This document shows positions 44,201-59,200 of a stretch of DNA of 64,000 nucleotides, in pieces. The stretch comes from Candidatus Omnitrophota bacterium (lineage in GTDB: Bacteria > Omnitrophota > Gorgyraeia > Gygaellales > Profunditerraquicolaceae). The stretch lies in assembly GCA_016208765.1 (NCBI GenBank), contig JACQXK010000004.1, positions 148,243-212,242 of the forward strand, given 5' to 3'. The notes below the pieces were generated by a model. It saw only the letters and a program-made list of their open reading frames with translations, had not been told where the DNA came from and searched no databases. Position numbers and translations under genes: made by a program. Position 1 is the first letter of the stretch. Each line of letters opens with the position of its first letter.

Positions 44201-47200
44201 TGCTATTCCTTAGTTTCCTATAAATCCCAACTCTACCGTAGCCAAACCTATCCCCCATATTCTCATAACTAATAACTTCACCGCTCTTTATATCAACAAA
44301 ACAATGCCTGCTTGATTCCAATATATTCAAGAGATCTCCTGAACCTTCTTTTTTAGCATCAACAACCGCAACTCCACCCAAGCCGAGCAAATTAGCTGCC
44401 TGCTCATAGATTCCAAAACCTTTTAAATCAACGTCACTAATATTAACAGATTTGGCAAAAAATACATGCGGATTGGCGCTGATTAAAGAGTAAGCTCCTT
44501 TTTCTTTTATATCCTGCTGGCTATAAAAGATTATTTTTCTTTCTCTTTCTATTCTTTCTGCAGGATGCCTCCAGATAAAAGAAAACTTAAAAACTTTTCC
44601 TAAGCAATTAATGTCCTCCACTCTGATTTCTTCTGCTCCCATAGCAAATAACTCCCAAATTAACAGATCTCCGCGGGGGGCCATATTTAAATCAAGGAAA
44701 GCGGTATGCGAATAGCTGCCTTGCTTACTTTTATCCATAATATAACCATACAATTTATCTGAATGATTAAGATAACGAAAATCAACCTTTGCAGAATCAA
44801 TAAAATCGGCCTCTGCTGCGTTTGTAGAATAAAATAGGGCAGCAGCATCTCCGGCTGAACAAATATACAACGCTGTCAAATAATCATTATCAGGATTTAC
44901 CACTTTGCAAATTGCCAGATAATAATTAATACATATATCAATTATTAAGCTTCTGAATAAATCAATTTCTGTGTCAATATAAGATTTATAATCACTATAC
45001 TTAAACACCTTTATTCCAAGGGCAGAAGAAACTAACCATTCCCTTTGATAAAAATCAGTTACACCCATACCGGCTTCGCTTAATGCCTCTTGACGCGGGC
45101 TAACCACTGATAATCCTGAGCTGGCACGATCTTTCATCCTGGCTTCTGCAACAAAACCACATAATTCATCTATTATTTTTAAATATAACCTGTTAACCGG
45201 GAACCCTTGCTTTGCAGCAGCGCTAATTTCCGTTTCTTTAAGCCTTTTTAAGTCCTCAAGAAAACGCTGTTTTTTAACAAGCCCCGCTTCACCAAAATCT
45301 CCATTTTCAACAAAATCCCTGATCCTCCTAAGAACAGCTATCTTTACCATCTTATTTTCATAGCTTAAATCAAGCAGGTGCTTCAACAACTCAAATTTAT
45401 CAATACCGGCATTCTCCACATATCTTATTCTCTCGGAAACATCAATGCCGACAGCGCAATACAGCAAGATCTCTTTGATTAATGGCCATATTACCTCAAC
45501 AACAAAAATTAAACCAAAGGTAGTTAGTAAAACACCTGCGATGTTTATGGGGCTTGAAGAATCTCCCGCTGGCTTGGGAGGGCAAAATTCATCATACATC
45601 GCCGCCAAAGTATCACCATCAAACTCTGGCTTTTTACTCTCCGCAGGCTGCGCAATAACCGGCTCTTCTATGCGCGTAGTTATGCCTGCGGCTGCAAGGA
45701 GAACATTCTTATCTTGAACCGGAATTATTTTCTGAAATGGCAGGCCGCGAGGAAAAGAAACATCAATCTCGGAATTATCGCTTCTCTTGAATTCATTATC
45801 AATAAACAAACCGAGCCACTCAGACAACTTATTAAACTGTTCTTTTGTGATGTTATCTATTCCCTTGATTCTAAACAAATAAAAGTGCGGACCACTGATA
45901 ATAACTGCATAATCTCTATATTCACAGAGAGGAATAAGTGCGTCTATAACCTTTTTTGCTTCTTTTGCAGACGAATCATCTTTATCCAACTGGCCAAGAG
46001 AATGCTTTGTCTGCGAGTATAAAATATTATTGTTTCCATCTATGATAGAAACATAGATTCTTATCCCCAGTTCGTTTTCAATGTATCGGGAAAGCTCACA
46101 AAGCAGCACAAGCGGCCTGACGTGCATGAACCATTTTGCATTAACGCAAATATTCATACCTTCCTGAGTAGTTTTCTTCTCTGGAATAACGCTAGAGGAA
46201 GTTTTTATCAAAGGCCTAAAATTACCGTTAAACCCGCCGCTATAGCTCATGGCTACCCCAAACGCCTCATTTAATATATTTAGATATTCCGAAGGCCAGC
46301 AAAAATAATAGCTTAGGTTATAAAACAGTACCTGTGACAAGAAATCCACCGCCCTTGCTTCATCCCCAAGGCTGGCATAACATAAACCAAGATGATAAGC
46401 AGCAGGTACAAAATCCAGTTGGCTAAATAAAGCGTTTGTTAAAAGCTCAATTGCCTCACATAATCTGCCTTGCAGCATATAAATTTTCCCAAGATTTAAA
46501 TACAGCCGGCTTGATCCCGGGCATAGTTTTATACCCTCCCGGTAACAGCAACAAGCAGCGTCAATTCTACCTTGAGATGTTAACAAATTACCTAAAGCAA
46601 GATAGTTATCTTCAAAATCAGGATCAAGCGCAATAGCTTTTTGATAAACAAGTTCCGCCTCCGGGGAATTGCCCTGCAAAAACAGGATATTCCCAAGATT
46701 ATGATGCCCCAGGAGATATTCAGGCCACACCTCAACTGCCCTGCGAAAATTAACCTCGGCCTTTACATAATTATGCAAATAAGCACATATGTTTCCTAAA
46801 CTGCCAAACAAGAATGGAGTAAGCGCCTGTTTTTCAAGCACCTGGATCACGGGATAATAAACACTAAGTATTTCTTTTGTGGGTGTATTTAAAGTAAGGC
46901 TGACCCTAAGCATGGCTTGTCTTACCTCCTCAGGGTTTAGTTTAAAATTATCCCTCAAAACAAACATATTATTTTCAGGAAGATACATGCTTGGGCTTAA
47001 CCCATCCAACCTAAAATAGATTTCCATGAAAATACTGTTATAAAAATCAACCAAGACACCCATGTTATTTGGCATTCTAACCATAACAAGAGTGCAGTTG
47101 CGAGTAACAACCCCGGTAATTTTGTAATCATCCCGGGGCATATTTCTTAAAGCATAACTTAACAATAAATATAATAATTGCGTAAGGCTGTCTTTATAAA

Positions 47201-50200
47201 GTTGTCTTTCAAAAGTTAACCTTGACTGTTCATCCATGCCGCTCATAGACATTTCTTCATATATATCTGTGCCGTTTAAGGCATTAACCAAGAGCCTGGT
47301 TAAAAGACTTTCTCTCCCTTGCGAATTAACGCCAATAACGCTTGAATAAATAATAAGATACTCTGCAATCTTACGGACATACTCAACCCCGGAGAAATGC
47401 TTAGTTAAATACATAATTCCATTATCTAAGTCTATTTGCTTTAATAACTTTGCAAACTCTATAGTTAAATGCATTATATAGAATTCCAGCTCATCACGGG
47501 AATAACCGATGCTAATAAGAGTGCGCCAAAGAAAAACGCTAATCTTCTTCTCCTCTTTGCTCATACATCCCACTCCGGAGCTTGATGAAAACACAATTTT
47601 ATGTTTTGGATCATACCTAACCGTAAAATTTCTGTTGAAATGACTAATCAACCGGCCAACCTTAGTTTGCGCAATCTGAGAATAGCTAAAAGATATACAG
47701 GCATCTTGCAATCCTGTTTTAATAAATTCCCGTAAATCCGCGTTTTCTTTCTCTTGAGCCTTCTCATCCATGAATAAACGAATATTCTTTTGGTTGTAGA
47801 ATTTAAGAATATAGTTTATTCTGTCGCTACGCTCGGCAACAGGAATAAGCCGTACAAGCTCAAGCAATGTCTCCATATTAGAAATCATTCTAAACTCTAA
47901 TTTCGGAACATCTTTTACTGCGTGAGCAAGGTTTTGCATAAGGAAAACAGCTGCTCCTTCACCCTCTCCTTTGAATATTTTAATATTATTACCATAAAAT
48001 GACGTGCCGTCTTTGGTAAATCCGCCAAAGAACTGGCCTACGAACTCTTTGCCAAGTTTAACAATTATCTCCACAGATTTTGCGCCATTAATATTAATTT
48101 CATCTCTTATTACCGGTAAAAAACGGAATTCCTTTCCTGTCCTGGAAATAAAACTAATGCCGCGATAATAACCAAATACATTATTAATCATATCCTCTAA
48201 ATCTATTGTACCAATGCATACAGCAGAAGAAGCCATGAGCGCCACGGGAAGAACATTACTCTTAAATAACCCGGTAACATCAATGCAATTTCTTTTCTTG
48301 CATGTTTTCTCAGACATTAAAGATGTCTCCAGAGAGAACGGTTCTTCAGTTAAGTCAAGAGAAAAACATTTCCCTCCGTTAAAAACATAAATTGCCTTGG
48401 CATTCTTATCAAAATAAGCCTTACTTTGCGAGTCAAGCTTAAAAACAAGCGCGGATTTTATTTGCTGGATAACTGCAGCTGTTAACTCAATCTGCAAAGC
48501 TGCGTGGTTTTTTAAAATATAAGAAGTTAATTTATCCGAAGCAATTACTTTAACCCCACTTACAAAACCATTGGCATCTACTATTACATCAATAAATCTA
48601 CTATCCCCGGAGGCAATAAAATGCCGAGTTTCGTTTTTATCCAAGAAAGCTGAGCCGCCCTCAATAATGCCGCTGATTCTTTCAGCATCCTGCACAAAAT
48701 CCTGTTGAATAATTATCACACCTGGAACAATAATTTGCGTTTTTCCGAAATTGCAAATCGCTTGCATGCCTTCTCGTCCTGCAATCTCTGCATCAAAATA
48801 CTGTTGTTTTGCCAAATCCTCCACCCCATTTTCTCTTGCAGCAACCAATAGCCTCTCCCAGGCAGGCTCAAAGACTCTACGCGCAAACCAAACCAGCTCA
48901 AACTCAACTGACTCTGATGCCCTTAATATTTTTTGCCCTAACTCCTCAAAACTTAACCCTTTATTTTTAGTCAAGATGGATAATATCTGATGGCCTGACA
49001 GCTTATCGTTAACAGCACACATATCAGAAGCAAATATTCCTAAGGCTTCTTGCATAACTTGCCTAATGGCTACAACTCTGTTATCATCCTTTTGCTCAGA
49101 TAATAACCCTGAGAGTGTATTTGATAAAAACTCCCCGCCATAATAATCCTTGAGCGCAGGGTAGAACTTTTCGGTCAATCTCAAAAGTAAAATCATTACA
49201 ATTTGTTGCGCATTCATTTGCGCGCGCGATTCTTCGCTTGTGACTGCCTCGCTAAGAAACTCGTCTACCACCTTACGATATCCTGGGCCAAATAATTCTG
49301 TAAATGCCATCAAATAAGGATTAAGAATTAATAAATACAACCCGCGGAGCTTATCCCGGGCCTGATTAAATAACTTATTTTCTTTTTTCTTAGCACTGCT
49401 TTTTTTCTTTTTTCCGTCTTTAAACACCGGGTACTGATCAAGCTTGCCTAACTCCTGTTTGGTTTCTGCTGAGGCTTCTTCCAAGGCTGCGGCAAACTCA
49501 GGCCTTGAGCAAAATACATCAGCCGCCTCTAAAAATGCTGGTATTCTTTCCGGGGCCAGCACAACCGCCAATTCTTCCACCATAACCCTAAACAACTTTT
49601 GTTTATTATCTGCATCGTCTAATAGATAAAGCGTGTACTCCTCATCCGGATAACGCACAAAACAAGTAACTCCTGACTTTTCAAACAATAAAAGATCATT
49701 GCGAATGATCTTATGCGCGTCGTCTAATTCATTGTTCACGATACTAATAAGAATAAGTATCTGGTAATCCAATGGCTGGACACCGGATTTTCCTTCCAGC
49801 TGGATCAATTTCCTGAGCATTTTAGCTGCATCGGCAAACCTTAATTCAAGAAGATACAGCCGGGATAAATGACGAAAATTATTTGGATATTGCGGGTAAA
49901 TATTAATTGCTGTTTCCAAGGTTCCGATCGCGTTCTTTCTGTCATTACTATAAATATACGCCTTTGCCCTCATTTCCATAATTTGCGCTTGTTCATGCAG
50001 ACTCTTCACCTGTGGCAGCAACTGTGCAGAAAGCTTAACTACATCAGCAAATCTTTCCTGTAAAAGCATTATCTGCATTAACTGCCTCAAAGAATTTAAT
50101 TCCTCCCCGGGGATTTTACTATTTCCTAACATTGTTGCTTCTGCTGCGGCATAATCTCCTACCTGCATAAAATACCCGGTACGCGCATAATTGATATTAA

Positions 50201-53200
50201 CTCCAATGTCAGTTCGCACATCCTCTCGCACATCGTCACAAAGCTTATCTGTTGCATTCACCACCTGAAGAAAATAATCTTCCGCCTCTTTATACCGGGA
50301 TTGCCTTAAGGAACAAAGACCGAGATTCTGCAGCGCATCAACCTTCAGCATGATTGAAAGCCCGGATATCGCCAAAACGCGGCTATAAATCGTAGCAGCA
50401 GAATCATAATCTCCTTTTTGCATAAAGTTATACGCGGCAATCATTTCATCTTCCGGATTTGGACGGAAATATTTTATCGCGGAACTGGCAGCTAACTTAC
50501 CCTCTTTAGGAATAATTATTAAGGTAACGGCTTTTTTATTCTTAATATCATTGTAAGCCCGAACACTCCAGCCATGTTCTGCGGCCACGCTATAAATTGT
50601 TTCTCCTCCAATTCCTGAATGCCCGGCAGAAGAATCTCCTGTTGAAATTCCTTTTACAAATACTAACTGCCTATTAAGCTTTGTATCTATTAACAACATT
50701 TCCTTAGGAAATTCTCCGCTGTTACTATATTTAACAACAATTGTTTTTGTATTTTCGTACAAAGCAAGAACGATTTCCCCAAACTGACCCGGAATGGCTT
50801 TTAACCCATTCTTTCCTAAATTGCGCATCAATAAATCCAGATGATGCCTATTCACCCAAACCATTGTTTCTGAACTAACACGGCTAATAAAACTAAAAAT
50901 AAAAGCCTTCTTATTCTCCGTTCCTTTAGGAGTCCTCCTGTTTATGCCCGTTTGTTCCCCTCCTTCATTAACATTCAAGTTTTGGCCAACAACAATTGTT
51001 GCCCTCATTAAATCAGCGAGAAAATAAGGTTCTTTCCGTACTTTCCCCTCTAAAGGAAAAATAACTTTTCTTTTTTGAGAAACACTGCGCAAAGCATCAA
51101 AATGCTCTCTTAATCCAGCCTCAATAAAATAACTGTCATTTACAAGCATATTTACAATATTTAAACGGTTTTTAACCCATGGCTCGTCTTTAATGTCATC
51201 AATCTTTATTCCACCGACCATTTCCCGCAACCTGACCAACGCCCCCAAAATAACTGAATCATAATAATAAAACATTAAGTCTAAATTTGAACTTTTAGGA
51301 GCAAATTTTGTAATAGTGTTAAGGTTACGATATAGTTCACTCAAAGCATCAAACAACCTCGCTTTTATTGAAGAGGCATCTGCAAAATACATCTGAACAT
51401 AAATACGATCCGTTCCTATAGGAGTCACATAATCATGCCTGATTTTTCTTAAAATATCTTTTATTTCATCAATCTCTTTCTCATTGAGTTGCCTTGAAAA
51501 GACAGAGCACAAGCAATAAGACAAAAACGCCTTAAAAGCAAATATAATTATATTATAATATCTTTTAATTAATGGAATTAGACTTATTTTCCTCTCAAAT
51601 ATCGGACTTGAAGCCACAGAACCATGAAGGGCTTTATTAAAGTCTTTAGTAAGTGGCATAATAAGAGGCACGGAGTTAGAAGAGGCCCTACTGGCACATG
51701 GGATAAACCAGCCACGCCCCGTTGCAAAGCTGCAAATGTCCCCCACCCCGTTAGAAATAAGTTTAACAAAAGCCCAGATAAAATTTCTAACGGGGTAAAC
51801 CAGCCACGCCCCGTTGCAAATGAACGGATTCTCCCCACCAGCCACGCCCCGTTGCAAATGAACGGATTCTCCCCACCAGCCACGGAAGGTAAAGAATCGC
51901 TCTTTGATGAAACATTTGCAACGGGGCACGGAAGGTAAAGAACCGCTCTGTGATAAGACATTTGCAACGGGGCACGGAAGGTAAAGAACCGCTCTGTGAT
52001 GAAACATTTGCAACGGGGCACGGAAGATAAGACTTTGCCATAAATCAAGACTATTAACAGCACTGCTTGCAGTAAACCCTCTCACCACCGCGCCGACTGG
52101 AGAACTAGAAGTAGCCTTATTTTTTCCTGCTCTTAAAGACACTGCCACTCCTCCAACTGCTAAAACCACTCCTGCGGCAGCTATCGGATGAGGAAACTGC
52201 AGATTTAAAATGCTTGAGAAAATCAAAACAAAAGCTGGGGATGTATTGGTAATACTTTTATTTAAGGAAGTATCGAGTTCAGCCAATGCACGATAGCTTA
52301 AAATCAAACTAACCAAGCTTAAAACAGTTACCATAAATATGCGATAATTAAAAACTATCACATCCCCACCTACAAATATCTTTGCCAAAATTACCATGAT
52401 CGGAAAAGATACAAAATAAGCCCAAGCCAACAGCTTTGTTATCGGCATAATATCCCCGGTCTTCTTTTTAATAATTTCTGCTATAGCATAGGTAAATGAT
52501 GAAGCTATTGCTAAATAAACCCCTACTGCGTTTATGTGTGCATCAATGGCTTTATTCGCAGAAAATACAGAAACAGCAATTACGCCTGCTACAGCCATAA
52601 GTACTCCAATTAACTTCTTTAATGTTACTGATTCTTTAATCAGTAACGGAGCGATGAACACTAAAAATATGGGAGAACTCTTAATAATCACTTCGTTAAC
52701 TAATATAGAATTATATTTAAGACCAAAATAATATAGCGGGGATGACAATATTTGAGAGAAAAATATGCCTAAGCAGATAATAAATACTTCTTTCTTTGAT
52801 ACTCTGGTGTTGTCAATGCTTGAAGTAACACTTGCAGGCTTTATTATTTTTTTCAGGTTAACCCATATTCGATAAGAAAGTAATATCAAAAAAGCATAAA
52901 GGTAGTAGCTAGTCTGGATCACTAATGGCTCTACTCCGGATTCAGTTAATTGCTTCCCGAAGAATGGCTTAACTGCTACTAACATTGCACAAAGCAAAGC
53001 CATAATTACGCATTTTTGCTTAGAAGTTAACTGCAGCGCGCTGGAGGCAATTGCATTAATAAATGACGCCGGCGGGCCGCGGGAGAAAATAATTTTACCA
53101 AATATAGAGCTTATAGTGGAAACCCGGCTTACCCGGGCATCATAAACAGGGCTGGAGGTTGTAATTATCAAAGCGTTTCCCTGTAATTCTGCCATTTCTA

Positions 53201-56200
53201 CAAGGCCGGGAGAAGAATGTAACACTCCGGCATTAGCATCAAAAAGGTAACTCCTTATTCTGTTAACCCTGCCTGAAGCAGTTTGCGAGGGGCGAAAAAC
53301 AAAAGTATCCAAGAATAAATCGCTCGCCATAACCAAATCTACGCTTTCATACATGAATTTACCAAACGACACTAACGCTGCGATAACTGAAAGATTAAAA
53401 TAATCACCTTCTAATAAAAGCGGCCTTTGGCCGTCTTTAGAGTTGAATGTTAAGCCATCCACAGTAAACACATCGTCTTGTTGTTCATGCACCCTGACAA
53501 ATAATTTCTTACCATCAGGACGGGTAAAAATTAGAGGATATGTCTCCCTGTCATCCCGACTCTTGGAAGCACGCCAGCCAAGAAAATTATCAATTTTAAG
53601 AGGGATATTGTGCCAAAAAGCGAATCCTGTCCTCAAAAGACCGAGCAGAGTAACACGGTTATTAGGAAAAATTAAGTATTCTTTTTTCTTCTGCACTGAA
53701 TTATCAAAGCTCCTGAATTCAACCGTATCATTGGGATAATAAACATCAATAACCGCACCATTCCTTGATGTTTTCGCCGTATGTTTAGGAATCAGTTTTT
53801 CCCCGCTTCCGGACAAAATTATCCCCTCCGGCCTAAGTTCAAAAACTACAAAATTGCTTTCATCCTCTCTATCACTAATAACCATAAACCTGCTGTGATG
53901 CGGCATATCTCTATAAATATTAAGCCGGTGATTCCCGGTTGTCCTGTAATAAGAAGCTAACGAAATAACATCTCCTCCAAAAAAAATATTTCTGCTGTTG
54001 TTAGTTTCGGGCACAGGGCAGATCCTTCTAAGGAGGCTAAACAAGATATTTTTTCTCTCTGAGCCGAATTTATGCGCAACGCCTAAGCAAGCGTCCCTAA
54101 ATGCAATAAACGCTTCAGAAATATCAATAAACAAATTCTCTTTATTATCTCCCTTGGCCACTTCACTGATAATCACACGGCCATCTAACTGAAATTCTAA
54201 AACTATCGCCTTTTCTGAATCGCGCAAAATAATCTCAATTTTTCGGTTTGTAATTAAATAAAGCGACATTTCAGAAGAGGTTGAATGCGGGCCGTTAATA
54301 TTTCTTGCGGAGATTCTACCAGAAAGCATATCAGGAATAGTGATTCTTACGTCGGAAAACCTGAAATTCCTACTAATAGGCTCATCTGTATATTCCACTA
54401 AAACAACCATACCTAAATCTGCTGACTTTAAGTCATGAGTTTTCATCCAAGAATACAAGGCTGCTAACTTTTTTGACGCTGTATCAGCAGTAATGCTGGG
54501 CATACGCAAAACAACTTCAGTAGGAGTGGGAGCTCGTCCAAATTCATTCTTAAAAGCAGTTACAATACCCATAATTTCTAATTTCCTCTGTTCTGTAAAG
54601 ACAGCGGATTTTGCCTTTCTTGCTGCAACACTCCTTTGTACTGCTAAACTGGGAAGTTTTTCTTCCGTGCCTTGCGCGTTAGTATTTGCAGCAGAAGAAG
54701 CGCTGTTAACTGCCACCACCGCGCCTACTGGAGAACTTGCATCTTGTTTATATAATGCTTGGTTTGCCTGCTGGAAATCTAATTTATGCGCGCCCTCAAT
54801 ATCAACAGACCTCCCCCCTAATTGCTTAATTAAATCCATTTGCCTGATTCTGCCGTGATTGACATAAAGCATCTGATTATGCCTGCCCCTAAAAAGATTC
54901 GCGATAGCTGCCAAGCCCAGCAGTTTACACATTTTTAAATCTTCAGGACAGGTATCTGCTGAACGATAAAAGTAATCCACTTTACCTGCCAAGCTTACGC
55001 CTAAGCCTGCAGCGGAAAAAACGTTTCCTATAAGCATGCCGGCATTCTCTAACTTTGGATGGCCAAAGGCATCAAGTTTTTTCGGGTCTGAGCCAGCTTC
55101 AAAAGCAGCTTTAGCTATAGGATTCTTTCCAAAGACCCTGGTTAATACAGCTGTATTTTCGCCATAATCCTTGTTTATCTTAACCCCTTCGGAAACAATT
55201 ACTATCGCCCAACCGTGCTTTTTATAATAAGCTCCGACATCAACGGTTAGTTTGTCCAAATCAAGGTTCGGCTCCTCAGGAATCAACGTACGGCTTGCCT
55301 GTATCTGCCTGCCGATTTCTAATGCTACGAACCCGGAATTCCTCCCAAAAACATCTACAACCAAGACTCTCTTGGTGCTGATTGCATCAACTTTTCCGTA
55401 AACTATAAGCGGTATTGCTGCCTGCACGAAGCTTAGAAATCCATAGGTAGTGGCAGTTGACTCAGGCAAAGCAATATCATTATCCATAGTCTTGGGTAAA
55501 CCGATAATCGGAAATTCCGGATGGTCTCTGTGTAAAAGATAAGAAACGCTATTCGTGTCATCGCCTCCGCAGGTAATCAGGCCGTCAAGCCTTAACGATC
55601 TAATATGTCTCCAGAGCAGGCCTGGAACACCCTTAGCAACATTTTCTTTACTATAGGGATTTGTTCGGCTGGTACGGATTACTGTCCCTCCCTGAGTGCG
55701 GTGCGGCTCGAGTTTATGCAATAAAAGAGGCTGAGCCTGGGAGATTAATTTTTCATCCACGAGCCCTTTCCAGCCTTCCCAAATACCGAATAATTCAATT
55801 CCAAACCTAGCTGCGGCTTTTGCCGCCCAATAAATTACCTGATTGTGCCCTGATGCCGGGCCGCCTCCGGTGAGAATACCGATACGCCTCATCGGGGGGA
55901 GGACGTCTGGAGTGACAGCGCTAGCAGCAACCAGTTTACCTGCCACCACCGCGCCTACTTTGTAGGGACGGTTCTGAACTGCGCTTGAAAGTGTCCCGCC
56001 CGGGGACGCTTCTAACCGTGTTTGAGAACCGTCCCTAATTATGGGGCTGGAACCATTTAATGTGTTTAAGAGTAATCCTAATATCTCTAATTTTTTGTTT
56101 TGCTCTAAGTAAAAGAAATACGGGTGAATGAAGATGGTGCCTTCAATAATTAGACAACCGGCAACTTTTGATTTGGTAAGTAAATTTCGCGAGGTAACTA

Positions 56201-59200
56201 AAAAATTAACCTCAAGCGGCGGAGCATTCTGTTGACAGCCGTTAGTTTGTTGAAACAATTTATTTAAAAGCGCTTCCAGATTTTCTTTACAAAATTCTGC
56301 GGATTGGCTGACTATTTGACCCGCCTCTTTCCCACATTCTACAATACTCAAAGATATTCTTCCTTGATCTTGATCAGGCTTTAGCGACAAAAACACATAA
56401 AAACCTTCAGGAAATGTTGCCGGCATACCAGACGGCAACTGCGATGGCACATCTAATGAATAACGTATCACTCCACCAAGCTCTGCGAGGCTGGATGATG
56501 CCTTACTCCGGCTAGCGGCGGATTCTTCTACAAGCCCCTTTGAAAACTCAATCTCAATATATGCGTAGCCATCTTCACTATTCCCGGCAACAATCTTGCC
56601 GCCTAAAATCTTCGTTACAATGTAATCCATGCTAAACATTCCCATGCCATGCCGGGTTTGCATCTTTTTTGAAGTTACTCCGTCTTTAAAAACCAACTGC
56701 CTGCCTCTTGCAAAATCATAGAGCAGGAATTCTTCAGGAAAAGCTCCGGTGTTACTGGCCCTAAAGATAATATTACCGGCATTATCTCTGCTGATATTTA
56801 CCTTAACTAATAATTTACTTCTATCTGCGGCCGCTGTAATTCCATATCCAACACCGCTAAACACGTCTTTAATATTACGCAGGATATTCTCAACTACTCT
56901 CTGCATCAGGCGATTATGCAAATTAATAATCAGATCCACGGCGCTCATGTCCTCAGAATAAATATTAAAGACAACAGCGCGGCCATTAAGATCAACAGTA
57001 ATACTCTGGCTGAATTGGCCCGCCTCCGGCAAAGTTACCGCGCAGCCAAGTTCTCTTTCTGCTGCCTGCGCAAATACCGTCTTGAGGCTTACCGGATCAC
57101 GATTGATCACCGTATTTGTCGCCATAGCAATATAATCCATTAATTTATCTGAAAGCGGTCCATCTTTGCCAAGGATATAAGCGCGCATATCCTGGATTAA
57201 TAATCTGGTTTCTACAGCAACTTCCGAAGGCTGGCTTAATTTTGTGCCTATGGCTTCTATTTCTGTTTCAAGTTTCTTTAATAAATTGACCACTCTGAAG
57301 AGCTTACCCGGAGAATCCAACGGCCCAACAAGCTCGGTATAACCTGATTCTAATTCTTCCAGAATTTTTGCTTTGACGCTCCTTGGAGTATTCATCAACC
57401 TCAAAAGATGATAACGAATCATTGCATAATTACGATGCCTAAAACTATTCAATACTATCTCTTTAACCTTCTTGTTATAAAGCCCCTTGAATCTTCTATA
57501 AACACCCAGATAAAAACTCAATTGCTGGTTCAATGCAAGTATGCTCGGCTCTAAGCTACTTACTTTTTGAATCGCGGCCAAAAGTTCTTCTCGGGCTGCC
57601 GATTCTTTTTCTACAGTATCAAGCATTTCATAATTTTGTCCGGCTTCCTGTAATGCCCTATTCGTATCAAGGGCCCAAGCATTATGCAAAATATCACCCA
57701 AAGTTTTTATCGCAGAAAACAGCTCTGTCTCAGGAAGAGATCTTGATAATCTAATTAATTTAGGAATAATATAACCTAAATCATGAACCGCTGCCCTTAA
57801 GATCCTGGAAAAATGCTCAATTCTCTCAATCAGAGAGCGCTCATTTAAGGCCTCTTGAGCCTGTAAGAGCTGCTCAGGAGTATTTATCCCAATAATTTCA
57901 TCAGCATCAGCGGTTTTAAGCAGCCTGACTATCTTGTTCGCAGTTATTAAAATATCAATTAAATAGGTAAACGGTTTATTTAATAACTCGGCGCATGCTA
58001 ACAAGTCTGCAAAAATGTTCTTTTGCAAGACACATATACCACCATTAAATAAACTTACTTTTTCCAGGTCTTGTGGGGTAAAGGTACGGCTGCCTTTTAA
58101 AACGAAACTTTGTTGTTCCAAAGCACGATCATAATCCCCTGACTCAATGATGCCAACAGCCCTGCCTTCTTCAACAGGTATAACCCCATATGTCCGGCAA
58201 GGCACAGAGTCTCTTTCCCGAGGCATATCAGCAACAATGATACTGGCATCGGCAACAGGATATTCAGGAAGATGATAACCTAAATGGCATTTGATCAATG
58301 AAAGCAAAGTCTCAGGCCTTATCCCCGGCACATCAGCAGGCATAATCATAATATGACCCTGGTTCTTCATCACTTCTAAAATTTTATCTTTAGACTGTTT
58401 TAAGACATCTGCGGTTTGAGAACCAATACATTCGTGAAATTGGATATTCAAATCTGTATAATTATTCCTGATATACTCACACACATAATCTTCTGCCACT
58501 CCAGTTAAGACCAAAATCGGAATATTATTGTCCGTGCCTTTTGAAACATTCCTTAAAGTATCCAAAATATAACCCAACATCGGTTTAATTTGCCCTGCAA
58601 CAGCAATACCTAATCCGAGTTTTATGCGAATGCCCATATCAACCAATAATTTCTTAATCCTTCCGCTCTTGCCACCGGCAAGTAATACTATGCCGACATT
58701 TTTAACTGCGCTGTGTTTATCAGTAGCTTGTTCATCATTAAAAATTTCTGACATAGATACAAGCCTTACACCACCGGGAGTGGAAGTTGCGGCGCTTGAA
58801 GCCGAATAAACTTTATTTTCTTTATATTTATCAAGCATTTGGTTTATTGTTGCGGCTTTTTCTCTGATTTCTCCTGAATTTTGAATAAAGTCTTTTGATG
58901 ATAATCTGGTAATTTCTTCTACTATGGGCCGTATTTGTTCTACAAAAGAGACAATATGCTTCCTCCTAAATTCCCCCCAAGTAACCCCTAATAATTTCAC
59001 ACGCTTAAATTTCATTTTATCAAACCCCTGCAGGCCCAAAAGAAAAAGGTGTTGTGTACTTTGAGTGCAAGCCAATACTGGATCGTCTATCTTAGTAATC
59101 TGCAAGAGCCTTAACAGAAATCTTTGCATTTCCCAAAGGACTTCTTCTCTGATTTCTGCAGGAGTATACTGATTAGTATTATTCATAAGAAAGTAAGTAT

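Noticed and set aside
51584-52063. Possible CRISPR array, or separate small genes (minus ORFs 51584..52063 and 51787..52041, plus ORF 51624..51938) in the repeat region
   Set aside because: The repeats are contiguous with no unique spacers. There are two different unit lengths (38 and 46 nt) that are partly reverse-complementary to each other, unlike a CRISPR array. The extra ORFs exist only because the repeat lacks stop codons in several frames; the giant frame reads straight through.
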